Below are positions 37,345 through 48,071 of a stretch of DNA of 64,000 nucleotides, one piece after another. The position numbers were made by a program, and so were the translations under genes. Source of the DNA: Escherichia coli (GTDB lineage Bacteria; Pseudomonadota; Gammaproteobacteria; Enterobacterales; Enterobacteriaceae); the NCBI RefSeq assembly GCF_003334405.1, contig NZ_QOWM01000016.1. One strand, 5' to 3'. The notes under the pieces were generated by a model that was given only the letters and a program-made list of their open reading frames with translations, was not told where the DNA came from and ran no database searches. Every line of letters begins with the position of its first letter. Positions within the stretch are counted from its first letter, which is position 1.

Positions 37345-39846
37345 TTACAGTTCCAGTTCATGTTGCAGCAGGCTGGCGATAGCGTCGGCAGAGGCGGCGT
37401 TAACCAGCGCGTTACGGAATTCTTCGTGCATGATGCGGCGAGCGAGGCGCGAGAAAATGCGCATATGCTGATCGCCCGCAGCGTGTTTGTTCAGGGTTAA
37501 CATAATGATGAATTGCGCTTCATCATCGCCCCAGCGCACCGGCGCTTGCAGACGCGCCACGCTGATGGTGGATTGCTCAATGTGTTCTGATTTGCTGTGT
37601 GGAATGGCAAAACTAAAGCCCAGACCGGTAGAGAAAACGGCCTCGCGCGCCCACAAGTCGGCTTCCAGTTTACGCGGATAGCGGCAGCGGCCCGCCAGCA
37701 GCAGGTTATCGGTCATGCCTTTGAGCACTTCTTCTTTGCTGCGCCAGTCGCTTTCCAGTGTGATGCACTCGGCGGTGACCAGCGGTGCGTCTTGTTGGGT
37801 CATGCGGAATTGCGCCAGCAGGTGTTCCACTTCCAGCGAAGTACGGCAGGCCATTGCCTGGTTGAGCAACTTGCGGCACTCACGGCTATCAAGTTGCGCC
37901 ATCCGAGCTTTCGCCGCCGGAATTGATGGTGCGCTCATGCTGAGTTCATCCAGCCCTAAGCCGACCAGCAACGGCAGCACGGAACCTTTCGCTCCCAGCT
38001 CACCGCACAGACCAATCCATTTGCCCTGGCGATGCACCGCTTGCACGGCGTAATCGAGCGCCCGCAAGAATGCCGGATTCAGGCTGTTGTAGTGACGAGT
38101 AACCTTAGCGTTATCGCGATCCACCGCCAGCAGATACTGCGTCAGGTCATTACTACCAATACTAAAGAAATCAATCTCTTCGCAGCATTGATCGATGATG
38201 AACATCACCGACGGCACTTCCAGCATGATGCCGAGCTGGATTTTCTCATCAAACGGAATGTGTTCGTTACGTAGTTGCTGTTTGGCTTCCGCCAGTTTTT
38301 CTTTCACCCATAAGATCTCTTCCATTGAGGAGATCATCGGGATCATGATTTTCAGGCTGCCGTGAGCGGAGGCGCGGAGGATCGACCGTAGCTGCGTGGT
38401 AAACAACGACGCGTACTCTTCATAAATACGCACGGCGCGATAACCGAGGAACGGGTTTGCCTCTGCGGGAATGTTCAGATAATCAACGGGTTTGTCGCCG
38501 CCAATGTCCATAGTGCGCACAATAATGCTGCGTCCGTTGGCGGATTCCAGCGCCTGACAAAAAATGTTGTACAACTCGCTTTCGCCCGGTGCGCTGGTGC
38601 GATCCATATAGAGCATTTCAGTGCGGAACAAACCAACGCCTTCCGCACCATTGCCGAATGCGGCCTGCGCTTCCACGGAGTGAGCGATGTTAGCGGCAAT
38701 TTCAATGCGGATACCGTCAGCGGTACGGGCTTGTTGGGTCAGCCAGACACGCTGTTGCTCACGCAGGGCGTCCTGTACGCGGGCTTCTTGCTGATAATAA
38801 CGAGCTACGGCTTCCCCTGGCTCAACCACAATCGCCCCGGCGTTGCCGTCGATATAAATCGTTTGTTGCTGCCACGGAGTAAGGGCATCAATATCCACAC
38901 CAACCAGCGTTGGAATGTTGAACGAACGGGCAAGGATCACCGTATGTGAGGTGGTGCCGCCGCTTTTGAGCAACAATCCTTTGAGGTGATTTTTATCCAG
39001 TTCGAGGAACTGGCTGGGGGTCAGTTCATCAGCCATACAAATGGCGGGCTGCGTCAGTTTGCCCGGTGCCGGGAAGCGTTGCTCACCGTAGATTTGCTGG
39101 AGTAACTGGAAGCAGACGTCGCGTACGTCCAGGGCACGTTCTTGCAGGTAGCTGCTGCTGGAACGGGAAAACTCTTCGCAAAAGTGATTCGCGCTGGCAA
39201 CAATTGCTTCGGCGCAGCTTAATCCGGCGCTGACGCCTGCCAGTAAATGTTCGCGCAGGGAAGTATCGCCAGCCAGGGATCGGTGAGCTTCCAGAATCGC
39301 GCTGGTAGCACCGTCGCTATCCAGCAGACGAAACTCAATGTTTTTCAGTACCAGCGTCAGGCCGTTTTCCAGTGCGGATTGCTCGGCGTCAACGCCTTTG
39401 GCTGCGGGAAGATTACCCAGCGCATTGAGATCTAAAGAAGAGATCGGCGTCAGAATGCCGCCTGCACTACCGCTGCACACGGTGCGGGCGCGGATAATTT
39501 GCGGATTCAGATTGGTCAGTGAAACCGGCAGTGGTTCCAGTTCGTCAGATTTAACTTCCGCCAGCGGCGCATCGCAGTGGGGGAATTCATCGCGCAGCCA
39601 TTGGCTTAAACGCTGGTGCGCTTCCTGTTCGTCGGCCCCGGAAATCAGTAACTGGCAGTTATCGCCCGCCAGCGTATCGGTGCCAATCAGCGCAAGGGCG
39701 CTTTTGGCGTTGCCCTTGCGGTCAGTGCGCAGGTTATGCCACTCAATTTGTGATGAAAAAGTATTACACAGCGTTTCAACGTGGCTTGCCGGACGCGCAT
39801 GTACGCCGTTAGGTAGCTCACAAATAAATTCCACAATCAGGGCCAT
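37345..39846 (-). CDS. ptsA: multiphosphoryl transfer protein (PTS EI-HPr-EIIA fusion) of the frw system
   Basis: ORF 833 aa [26 protein letters not shown]...; HPr-like N-terminus, EI PEP-utilising domain, fructose-type EIIA C-terminus. Confidence 0.93.
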
Positions 39847-40154
39847 TGCCTCTCTCCCGGTACGGTTTTCTGTTTACAGGATAAGAGCGCACGGCAACGG
39901 CCTGCCATGTGACAAATCTGCCAAAAGCTGGACAAATGTAATGTAACCGTCAATTTGCGACGCGTCTCACAAGACGCTGTTTTGCGGCATGCTTCCGGTT
40001 TATCGCAAGTTATGAGGCGGATCGCATTTTTGTACTGATATTACAAAAGTCCAGTAAATGGCCTTTTTATCCACTGTTTGCTCCGCCTGCGATTGCCTAT
40101 TGTTTCCTCCATCAAAAATATGGACATGGGCTTTCGCAAGCCCGGGAGCAGCTT

Positions 40155-41234
40155 ATGAATGAGTTGGTGCAGATCCTGAAAAATACCCGTCAGCATTTAA
40201 TGACGGGCGTTTCACACATGATTCCCTTCGTGGTATCGGGCGGTATTTTGCTGGCGGTTTCCGTCATGTTGTATGGCAAAGGCGCAGTGCCGGATGCCGT
40301 AGCCGATCCAAATCTGAAAAAACTGTTTGATATCGGCGTTGCGGGCTTGACGCTGATGGTGCCTTTCCTCGCAGCGTACATCGGTTATTCCATTGCAGAG
40401 CGTTCTGCGCTGGCTCCGTGCGCTATCGGTGCCTGGGTTGGTAACAGCTTTGGTGCGGGCTTCTTTGGTGCACTGATCGCCGGGATTATCGGCGGCATCG
40501 TGGTGCATTACCTGAAGAAAATTCCGGTGCATAAAGTTCTGCGCTCGGTGATGCCTATCTTCATTATTCCTATCGTCGGCACACTGATTACCGCAGGCAT
40601 CATGATGTGGGGCTTGGGCGAGCCTGTAGGGGCGTTGACCAACAGCCTGACTCAGTGGCTTCAGGGGATGCAGCAGGGCAGCATTGTTATGCTGGCGGTG
40701 ATCATGGGTCTGATGCTGGCGTTCGATATGGGCGGTCCGGTTAACAAAGTGGCCTATGCCTTCATGCTGATTTGCGTTGCTCAGGGTGTTTATACCGTGG
40801 TGGCCATCGCTGCCGTGGGTATTTGTATCCCGCCGCTGGGGATGGGGCTGGCGACGCTGATTGGTCGTAAAAATTTCTCCGCAGAAGAGCGCGAAACCGG
40901 CAAAGCGGCACTGGTGATGGGCTGTGTTGGCGTTACTGAAGGGGCGATTCCTTTCGCCGCTGCCGATCCGCTGCGTGTCATTCCTTCCATCATGGTCGGT
41001 TCAGTTTGTGGTGCAGTAACTGCGGCGCTGGTCGGTGCGCAGTGCTATGCAGGCTGGGGTGGTCTGATTGTGCTGCCGGTGGTTGAAGGCAAGCTGGGTT
41101 ATATCGCAGCAGTGGCTGTCGGAGCAGTGGTGACGGCTGTTTGTGTGAACGTGCTGAAAAGTCTGGCGCGTAAAAATGGGTCTTCGACTGATGAAAAAGA
41201 AGACGACCTGGATTTGGATTTTGAAATTAATTAA
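40155..41234 (+). CDS. frwC: fructose-like PTS EIIC component
   Basis: ORF 359 aa MNELVQILKNTRQHLMTGVSHMIPFVVSGG...; polytopic membrane protein. Confidence 0.93.
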   Translation: MNELVQILKNTRQHLMTGVSHMIPFVVSGGILLAVSVMLYGKGAVPDAVADPNLKKLFDIGVAGLTLMVPFLAAYIGYSIAERSALAPCAIGAWVGNSFGAGFFGALIAGIIGGIVVHYLKKIPVHKVLRSVMPIFIIPIVGTLITAGIMMWGLGEPVGALTNSLTQWLQGMQQGSIVMLAVIMGLMLAFDMGGPVNKVAYAFMLICVAQGVYTVVAIAAVGICIPPLGMGLATLIGRKNFSAEERETGKAALVMGCVGVTEGAIPFAAADPLRVIPSIMVGSVCGAVTAALVGAQCYAGWGGLIVLPVVEGKLGYIAAVAVGAVVTAVCVNVLKSLARKNGSSTDEKEDDLDLDFEIN

Positions 41235-41248
41235 TTGAGGAACGAGCC

Positions 41249-41569
41249 ATGACGAAAATTATTGCAGTAACCGCATGTCCTTCAGGTGTTGCCCATACCT
41301 ATATGGCAGCAGAGGCGCTGGAAAGTGCCGCGAAAGCGAAAGGCTGGGAAGTGAAAGTAGAAACCCAGGGGTCAATTGGTCTGGAAAATGAACTGACTGC
41401 GGAAGATGTGGCGAGCGCTGATATGGTGATTCTGACCAAAGATATCGGCATCAAGTTTGAAGAGCGTTTTGCTGGCAAGACCATCGTGCGCGTCAACATC
41501 AGCGATGCAGTAAAACGTGCTGACGCCATTATGAGCAAAATTGAAGCTCACCTGGCGCAAACCGCTTAA
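41249..41569 (+). CDS. frwB: fructose-like PTS EIIB component
   Basis: ORF 106 aa MTKIIAVTACPSGVAHTYMAAEALE... Confidence 0.93.
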   Translation: MTKIIAVTACPSGVAHTYMAAEALESAAKAKGWEVKVETQGSIGLENELTAEDVASADMVILTKDIGIKFEERFAGKTIVRVNISDAVKRADAIMSKIEAHLAQTA

Positions 41570-41619
41570 GTTCTTCTCCCGCTCGCAAGGGCGGGTTCGC
41601 TTTCCCACAGGAGTTCCTC

Positions 41620-43917
41620 ATGACGAATCGTATCTCTCGCCTCAAAACTGCACTGTTTGCCAATACCCGTGAAATCTCGCTGGAGCGGGCGCTGCTTTAT
41701 ACCGCCAGCCATCGGCAAACCGAAGGCGAACCGGTGATATTGCGCCGGGCGAAAGCAACAGCGTATATCCTTGAACATGTTGAAATTTCGATTCGTGATG
41801 AAGAACTGATTGCCGGTAACCGCACCGTAAAACCGCGCGCCGGGATTATGTCGCCGGAAATGGACCCTTACTGGCTGCTGAAAGAGCTGGATCAATTCCC
41901 GACGCGTCCGCAGGACCGCTTTGCTATCAGCGAAGAAGATAAACGTATCTACCGTGAAGAGTTGTTCCCGTACTGGGAAAAACGTTCGATGAAAGATTTC
42001 ATCAACGGGCAGATGACAGATGAAGTAAAAGCCGCGACCAACACGCAGATTTTCAGCATCAACCAGACGGATAAAGGCCAGGGGCACATTATTATTGATT
42101 ACCCACGCCTGTTGAATCACGGGCTGGGTGAGCTGGTGGCACAGATGCAGCAACATTGTCAGCAACAGCCGGAGAATCACTTTTATCAGGCCGCGTTGTT
42201 ACTGCTGGAAGCCTCGCAGAAACACATTTTGCGTTACGCCGAACTGGCGGAAACGATGGCGGCAAACTGCACAGATGCCCAGCGTCGCGAAGAGCTGCTG
42301 ACTATTGCAGAGATCTCCCGCCATAACGCGCAACATAAGCCGCAGACGTTCTGGCAGGCGTGCCAGTTATTCTGGTACATGAACATCATTCTGCAATACG
42401 AATCCAACGCCAGTTCGCTATCGTTGGGGCGCTTCGACCAGTATATGTTGCCGTTCTATCAGACATCATTAACCCAGGGCGAAGATGCGGCGTTCCTGAA
42501 AGAACTGCTCGAATCTTTATGGGTGAAATGCAACGACATCGTGCTGTTGCGCTCCACCAGTAGCGCGCGTTATTTCGCCGGTTTCCCGACCGGCTATACC
42601 GCACTGCTCGGCGGGTTAACCGAGAACGGACGTAGCGCGGTGAACGTGCTTTCGTTCCTTTGCCTTGACGCCTATCAAAGCGTGCAATTACCGCAACCGA
42701 ACCTCGGCGTGCGCACTAACGCCTTGATCGACACGCCGTTCCTGATGAAAACCGCCGAAACCATTCGCTTCGGCACCGGTATTCCGCAAATCTTTAACGA
42801 TGAAGTGGTGGTGCCAGCGTTCCTCAACCGTGGCGTTTCGCTGGAAGATGCGCGCGACTATTCCGTAGTGGGCTGTGTGGAATTATCTATTCCCGGCAGA
42901 ACCTACGGCTTGCATGACATCGCGATGTTTAATCTGCTGAAAGTGATGGAAATCTGCCTGCATGAAAATGAAGGCAATGCTGCGCTGACTTATGAAGGTT
43001 TACTGGAGCAGATCCGCGCCAAGATCAGCCACTACATCACCCTGATGGTTGAGGGCAGCAATATTTGTGATATCGGCCATCGCGACTGGGCACCTGTACC
43101 GCTGCTCTCATCGTTTATCAGCGATTGTCTGGAAAAAGGCCGCGATATTACCGATGGCGGCGCGCGTTATAACTTCTCCGGCGTACAGGGGATCGGTATC
43201 GCCAACCTGAGCGATTCTCTCCATGCGTTGAAAGGGATGGTTTTTGAGCAACAGCGTTTAAGTTTTGACGAATTGCTGTCGGTATTAAAAGCCAACTTCG
43301 CAACGCCAGAAGGCGAAAAAGTCCGCGCTCGCTTAATTAACCGCTTCGAGAAATACGGTAACGATATCGACGAGGTGGATAACATCAGCGCCGAACTGTT
43401 GCGCCACTACTGCAAAGAAGTGGAAAAATACCAGAACCCGCGCGGCGGCTACTTCACGCCGGGATCGTATACCGTTTCTGCTCACGTCCCGTTGGGATCG
43501 GTGGTTGGCGCGACGCCAGACGGTCGTTTTGCCGGAGAACAGCTGGCAGACGGCGGCTTGTCACCCATGCTGGGCCAGGACGCACAAGGGCCAACAGCGG
43601 TACTGAAGTCAGTCAGTAAGCTCGATAACACGCTGCTGTCTAACGGTACGTTGCTGAACGTGAAATTCACTCCGGCGACCCTGGAAGGTGAAGCAGGATT
43701 ACGCAAACTGGCCGACTTCTTACGGGCGTTTACCCAGCTTAAGTTACAACATATTCAGTTTAACGTGGTGAACGCCGACACGTTGCGGGAAGCGCAACAG
43801 CGCCCACAAGATTATGCCGGGCTGGTGGTGCGCGTTGCCGGATACAGCGCCTTCTTTGTCGAACTGTCGAAGGAGATCCAGGATGACATCATCCGCCGGA
43901 CAGCGCATCAGCTGTAA
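41620..43917 (+). CDS. pflD: pyruvate-formate-lyase-like glycyl radical enzyme
   Basis: ORF 765 aa MTNRISRLKTALFANTREISLERALLYTASH...; C-terminal glycyl-radical motif region (RVAGYSAFF). Confidence 0.93.
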   Translation: MTNRISRLKTALFANTREISLERALLYTASHRQTEGEPVILRRAKATAYILEHVEISIRDEELIAGNRTVKPRAGIMSPEMDPYWLLKELDQFPTRPQDRFAISEEDKRIYREELFPYWEKRSMKDFINGQMTDEVKAATNTQIFSINQTDKGQGHIIIDYPRLLNHGLGELVAQMQQHCQQQPENHFYQAALLLLEASQKHILRYAELAETMAANCTDAQRREELLTIAEISRHNAQHKPQTFWQACQLFWYMNIILQYESNASSLSLGRFDQYMLPFYQTSLTQGEDAAFLKELLESLWVKCNDIVLLRSTSSARYFAGFPTGYTALLGGLTENGRSAVNVLSFLCLDAYQSVQLPQPNLGVRTNALIDTPFLMKTAETIRFGTGIPQIFNDEVVVPAFLNRGVSLEDARDYSVVGCVELSIPGRTYGLHDIAMFNLLKVMEICLHENEGNAALTYEGLLEQIRAKISHYITLMVEGSNICDIGHRDWAPVPLLSSFISDCLEKGRDITDGGARYNFSGVQGIGIANLSDSLHALKGMVFEQQRLSFDELLSVLKANFATPEGEKVRARLINRFEKYGNDIDEVDNISAELLRHYCKEVEKYQNPRGGYFTPGSYTVSAHVPLGSVVGATPDGRFAGEQLADGGLSPMLGQDAQGPTAVLKSVSKLDNTLLSNGTLLNVKFTPATLEGEAGLRKLADFLRAFTQLKLQHIQFNVVNADTLREAQQRPQDYAGLVVRVAGYSAFFVELSKEIQDDIIRRTAHQL

Positions 43918-44761
43918 CGTTGTGGAAACGCGCCGCGATGATGTGGCGCGCATTTTCAACATTCAGCGTTATTCACTGAATGACGGCGAGGGCATTCGTA
44001 CGGTGGTCTTTTTTAAAGGCTGTCCGCATCTTTGCCCGTGGTGTGCTAATCCGGAGTCGATCTCCGGCAAAATCCAGACGGTACGCAGAGAGGCGAAATG
44101 TCTGCACTGTGCGAAATGTTTGCGTGATGCGGATGAATGCCCCTCCGGGGCGTTTGAACGGATTGGTCGCGATATCAGCCTTGACGCTCTGGAACGGGAA
44201 GTGATGAAAGATGACATTTTCTTTCGCACGTCCGGCGGCGGCGTCACGCTTTCTGGCGGCGAAGTGTTAATGCAGGCGGAGTTTGCTACCCGTTTTTTAC
44301 AGCGACTGCGGCTGTGGGGTGTGTCATGCGCCATTGAAACTGCCGGAGACGCACCAGCCAGCAAGCTATTACCGCTGGCGAAATTGTGCGATGAAGTGTT
44401 GTTCGATTTAAAAATTATGGACGCGACTCAGGCGCGGGATGTGGTGAAGATGAACCTGCCACGCGTGCTGGAGAATCTGCGTTTGCTGGTGAGTGAGGGC
44501 GTCAACGTGATCCCGCGTTTACCGCTGATCCCTGGTTTCACGCTCAGCCGGGAGAATATGCAGCAGGCGCTGGATGTACTGATCCCGCTGAATATCAGGC
44601 AGATCCATCTGTTACCGTTTCATCAGTACGGCGAACCGAAATACCGCCTGCTGGGGAAAACATGGTCGATGAAAGAGGTGCCTGCGCCGTCGTCAGCTGA
44701 TGTGGCAACGATGCGCGAAATGGCAGAACGGGCCGGACTTCAGGTTACCGTGGGAGGTTAA
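43883..44761 (+). CDS. pflC: glycyl-radical enzyme activating enzyme (radical SAM)
   Basis: ORF 43814..44761; ATG at 43883 after AAGGAG gives the 292-aa protein; CxxxCxxC radical-SAM motif (CPHLCPWC); overlaps the pflD 3' end by 35 nt. Confidence 0.92.
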   Translation: MTSSAGQRISCNVVETRRDDVARIFNIQRYSLNDGEGIRTVVFFKGCPHLCPWCANPESISGKIQTVRREAKCLHCAKCLRDADECPSGAFERIGRDISLDALEREVMKDDIFFRTSGGGVTLSGGEVLMQAEFATRFLQRLRLWGVSCAIETAGDAPASKLLPLAKLCDEVLFDLKIMDATQARDVVKMNLPRVLENLRLLVSEGVNVIPRLPLIPGFTLSRENMQQALDVLIPLNIRQIHLLPFHQYGEPKYRLLGKTWSMKEVPAPSSADVATMREMAERAGLQVTVGG

Positions 44762-44762
44762 A

Positions 44763-45104
44763 ATGGCATACCTGGTGGCAGTAACCGCCTGCGTAAGCGG
44801 CGTGGCGCATACTTATATGGCGGCGGAACGGCTGGAAAAGTTGTGCCTGTTAGAGAAGTGGGGAGTCAGCATTGAAACTCAGGGCGCGCTGGGAACGGAG
44901 AATCGTTTAGCGGATGAGGATATCCGCCGGGCGGATGTTGCTCTGTTGATTACGGATATCGAGCTTGCCGGTGCCGAGCGATTTGAACATTGCCGCTATG
45001 TGCAATGCAGCATCTACGCATTCCTGCGTGAGCCGCAGCGGGTAATGAGCGCGGTGCGCAAAGTGCTTTCTGCGCCGCAGCAAACCCATCTTATTCTGGA
45101 GTAG
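44763..45104 (+). CDS. frwD: fructose-like PTS EIIB' component
   Basis: ORF 44700..45104; ATG at 44763 gives the 113-aa MAYLVAVTACVSGVAHTYMAAERLE... protein (paralog of frwB). Confidence 0.9.
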   Translation: MAYLVAVTACVSGVAHTYMAAERLEKLCLLEKWGVSIETQGALGTENRLADEDIRRADVALLITDIELAGAERFEHCRYVQCSIYAFLREPQRVMSAVRKVLSAPQQTHLILE

Positions 45105-45942
45105 TCGGTTTTTCTGTCAGTTGGCTGTGGTACTGCCGGCGATATTCCGACGGCGAGCGTTCGGTGTTTTTACGAAACAGACGGCAGAAGTAGTTGCTGT
45201 CGACAAAGCCGCAGGCGTGCGCCACTTCTTTTACCTTCAGGTCATAGCCTTTCAATAACGTCTTAGCGTGCTCCAGTCGCGTGTGATTCAGGTATTCGTT
45301 AAAACCAATGGCCCCCGTTTTTTGAAACAGGTGCGAGAGGTAATTTGGCGAAATATAAAACGCCTGTGCAACAGATTCGCGGGTAAGCGCGGAGGCATAG
45401 CGTTCGTCGATATAATCGCGAATAGCTTCAAATAGTGCCTGGCTGCGTGAGGCGGTCTGGATTTGGCTGCCAAGCAAATCGCGGCAGTGGCTAAGCAGGC
45501 TGGCGACGATAAGCCTTGCCGTTTGCTGCTCCTGCGGCTGCATTTGCATTTCATTGAGCGTTTGTAGCAGAAAAGAACCTATGCGTGGGCCGCGTCGGGC
45601 GACGTGTTGCTTCGCCAGATTTTGATATTGTTTGCCATCCCATTGCACGACGCTGAAGCCGAGTTGCTGTTTGCCAAACAGCACGCTAAAGGTAGTAGCG
45701 GGGGCTTGCCATTGTGGAAAATTCCAGCCACCAGCAGGAACGTACAGCACATCGCCGGGAACTAACGTTGCTCCAGCGCCGGTATCAACAAACTCACCTT
45801 CCAGCACAATTTCCAGCCGTGGAAAATCGACCTGATACGCAAGATCGGGCACCGGGCCGTTACTGCTGGCAAAGTAAATCTGGCGCAGGGACAGCGGGCC
45901 GTTGATCAGGCGGGAGAGCAGATAGCTGACGTCGTGATACAT
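45091..45942 (-). CDS. yijO: AraC/XylS-family transcriptional regulator YijO
   Basis: ORF 283 aa; C-terminal AraC-type HTH; 3' end overlaps the frwD 3' end by 14 nt (convergent). Confidence 0.88.
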   Translation of the reverse strand: MYHDVSYLLSRLINGPLSLRQIYFASSNGPVPDLAYQVDFPRLEIVLEGEFVDTGAGATLVPGDVLYVPAGGWNFPQWQAPATTFSVLFGKQQLGFSVVQWDGKQYQNLAKQHVARRGPRIGSFLLQTLNEMQMQPQEQQTARLIVASLLSHCRDLLGSQIQTASRSQALFEAIRDYIDERYASALTRESVAQAFYISPNYLSHLFQKTGAIGFNEYLNHTRLEHAKTLLKGYDLKVKEVAHACGFVDSNYFCRLFRKNTERSPSEYRRQYHSQLTEKPTTPE

Positions 45943-45986
45943 GTTATTCCCTTAGGTATGTAGACGGGAAAACAGTAACTGGCATT

Positions 45987-46016
45987 ATTAAAAAAGGCCA
46001 CCTGAAAAGTGTGGCC
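45987..46016 (-). terminator. intrinsic terminator downstream of eptC
   Basis: Minus-strand ggccac/gtggcc stem followed by a U-run (plus-strand A-run 45989..45995). Confidence 0.7.
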
Positions 46017-46053
46017 TGAGGGGAGTTCGATGTAAACATTGCGGCAGTTGTAT

Positions 46054-46137
46054 TGCCGGATGTGGCGTAAACGCCTTATCCAGCCTACCGCCGCGATCTG
46101 TAGGCCGGATAAGACGCGTCAAGCGTCGCATCCGGCA
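46054..46137. repeat. BIME (two inverted REP units)
   Basis: tgccggatgtggcgtaaacgccttatccagcctac ... gtaggccggataagacgcgtcaagcgtcgcatccggca. Confidence 0.85.
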
Positions 46138-46156
46138 AATAGCGCCTGGCTGATAA

Positions 46157-47890
46157 TTACTGATTACCCACCTGATCGCCATAGGGCAGTGTGTCGTAAT
46201 CGATCAGTGCGTTTTTCTTATACGGGTTACCAATCCAGCGGGTAGTTTCTTTGAACTGCGGATTCACCACTGAACGGGTTGGATCGTAACCGTCGTAAGA
46301 TAAGCCCGCCAAATCTGACCAGGTGTGGATCAGTTCCGCCAGGCTGTATTTACGATCAACATCCTGCGAGAAATCACGGGGATGAGTCGCTTGCCATTTT
46401 TCTGACGTCCACAGCAGGAACGGAATGGTGTACATATGACGCGTCGGGTTGTCCTCATTACGCCCCTGAGTTTTGTGCGGCGGCGTGTCGTAAACCTCTT
46501 CACCGTGGTCAGAGAAATAAACCAGGAAACCGTTCGGGTTTGCTGCTTTAAAGTCTTTAATCAGGCTGGCAACCACATGATCGTTATACAGGTTAGCGTT
46601 GTCATAATCGTTATATGACTCCAGCTCTTCCGCGTTTAATCCCGGCGGAACATGATCGGTATTGCCATCAAACTTGCCCTGATTTTCCGGGTAGCGGTAT
46701 TTGTATTTGATATGCGTACCCAGCAGATGAACAATGATCAGTTTCTTCGGCGCAGGGTCATTCAGCACTTCCTGGAACGGCTTCAGCACGTTGGTGTCGT
46801 ATTCACGCGCACTCTGCGTACGTTGCTGGTTCATGTAGTACTGCTTGTCGGTCTGGCGCGAAAATACCGTCAGCATGGTATTGCGGGCGGTCATCGTCTG
46901 CTGGTTGGTGATCCAGAAGGTTTTATAACCCGCCTGTTTCATCATGTTCATCAGCGACGGCTGCGTCAGATACAGATCCGGGTTCTTTTCATTGGCAAAG
47001 GTCAGCGCCTGTTGCAGGATTTCAATGGTGTACGGACGAGACGTAACTACGTTATTAAACACGGTCAGATTCGGATCGGTTTTATGCAGCGCATCCAGCT
47101 CCGGCGTGGTTTCACGCGGATAACCGTACAGACTCATGCGTCCGCGCTGGGTCGACTCGCCAATCACCAGCACTAAAGTGCGCGGTTCGTTACCCGATTC
47201 ATCTTTGAAATTAGCCAGTGGCGGCAAGGCATTATTTTCATTCAGTAACTTTGTTAGCGAGTTTAGTTGCTGACGATACTGATAATAGCCGGTCAGGAAT
47301 TGCCACGGTGCGGCAGGCTCCATACGCGAGGCCAGGTTATCCAACGTTTTCTCAAACGGCTTGTTTTTGATAAACGTATTCATGGCGATCGGATGCAGAA
47401 TCAAGCCATAAAGCAGGGCAAAAGAGACAACATAACGCCACGGCTTTGGAATATAGACCGGGCGCAGGCGTGTCCACAGCAGAACTGCCACCGCCGTATA
47501 GGCCAGCGCGATAAGCACAATTTTCAGGCTGAAATACTGGCTTAAATACTCGCTGGCTTCGTTGGTGTTGGTTTCGAACATCACAAACAGAACGCTCTGC
47601 GAGAACTCCTGACCGTAGATGACGTAGTAGCACAGCGCCGCCAGAGAGGCCGCCCATAGCACCACGCCGATTACTGCGGCAATAATTTTAATCCGCTTCG
47701 GAAAGAGGAATACCGGGATCAACCACAGCGAACTGAATAACAGCGAGTCGCGAATGCCGTTAGTGCCACTATAACCACTGATGTAAATAATGGCCTGTAG
47801 CAGAGTAGAGAAAAACCAAAAGTAGAGCAGTGCCCAACCCAGGGCTTTCCAGCTAAAAAGAGGTTTAGCCTGGACTTCTGTGGAATGCAT
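46157..47890 (-). CDS. eptC: phosphoethanolamine transferase for LPS core heptose
   Basis: ORF 577 aa MHSTEVQAKPLFSWKALGWALLYFWFF...; N-terminal TM helices and sulfatase-like periplasmic domain. Confidence 0.93.
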   Translation of the reverse strand: MHSTEVQAKPLFSWKALGWALLYFWFFSTLLQAIIYISGYSGTNGIRDSLLFSSLWLIPVFLFPKRIKIIAAVIGVVLWAASLAALCYYVIYGQEFSQSVLFVMFETNTNEASEYLSQYFSLKIVLIALAYTAVAVLLWTRLRPVYIPKPWRYVVSFALLYGLILHPIAMNTFIKNKPFEKTLDNLASRMEPAAPWQFLTGYYQYRQQLNSLTKLLNENNALPPLANFKDESGNEPRTLVLVIGESTQRGRMSLYGYPRETTPELDALHKTDPNLTVFNNVVTSRPYTIEILQQALTFANEKNPDLYLTQPSLMNMMKQAGYKTFWITNQQTMTARNTMLTVFSRQTDKQYYMNQQRTQSAREYDTNVLKPFQEVLNDPAPKKLIIVHLLGTHIKYKYRYPENQGKFDGNTDHVPPGLNAEELESYNDYDNANLYNDHVVASLIKDFKAANPNGFLVYFSDHGEEVYDTPPHKTQGRNEDNPTRHMYTIPFLLWTSEKWQATHPRDFSQDVDRKYSLAELIHTWSDLAGLSYDGYDPTRSVVNPQFKETTRWIGNPYKKNALIDYDTLPYGDQVGNQ

Positions 47891-48029
47891 AGTAAGAACC
47901 TGTCTTGAAAAAATATCGCCGAATGTAACGACAATTCCTTAAGGATATCTGAAGGTATATTCAGAATTTGAATAAAATGCAGACAGAAATATATTGAAAA
48001 CGAGGGTGTTAGAACAGAAGTATTTCAGA

Positions 48030-48057
48030 AAACCCTCGCGCAAAAGCACGAGGGTTT
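48030..48057 (-). terminator. probable intrinsic terminator of ppc
   Basis: Minus-strand stem aaaccctcg/cgagggttt followed by a U-rich tract; an alternative pairing with 48001..48007 is possible. Confidence 0.55.
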
Positions 48058-48071
48058 GCAGAAGAGGAAGA

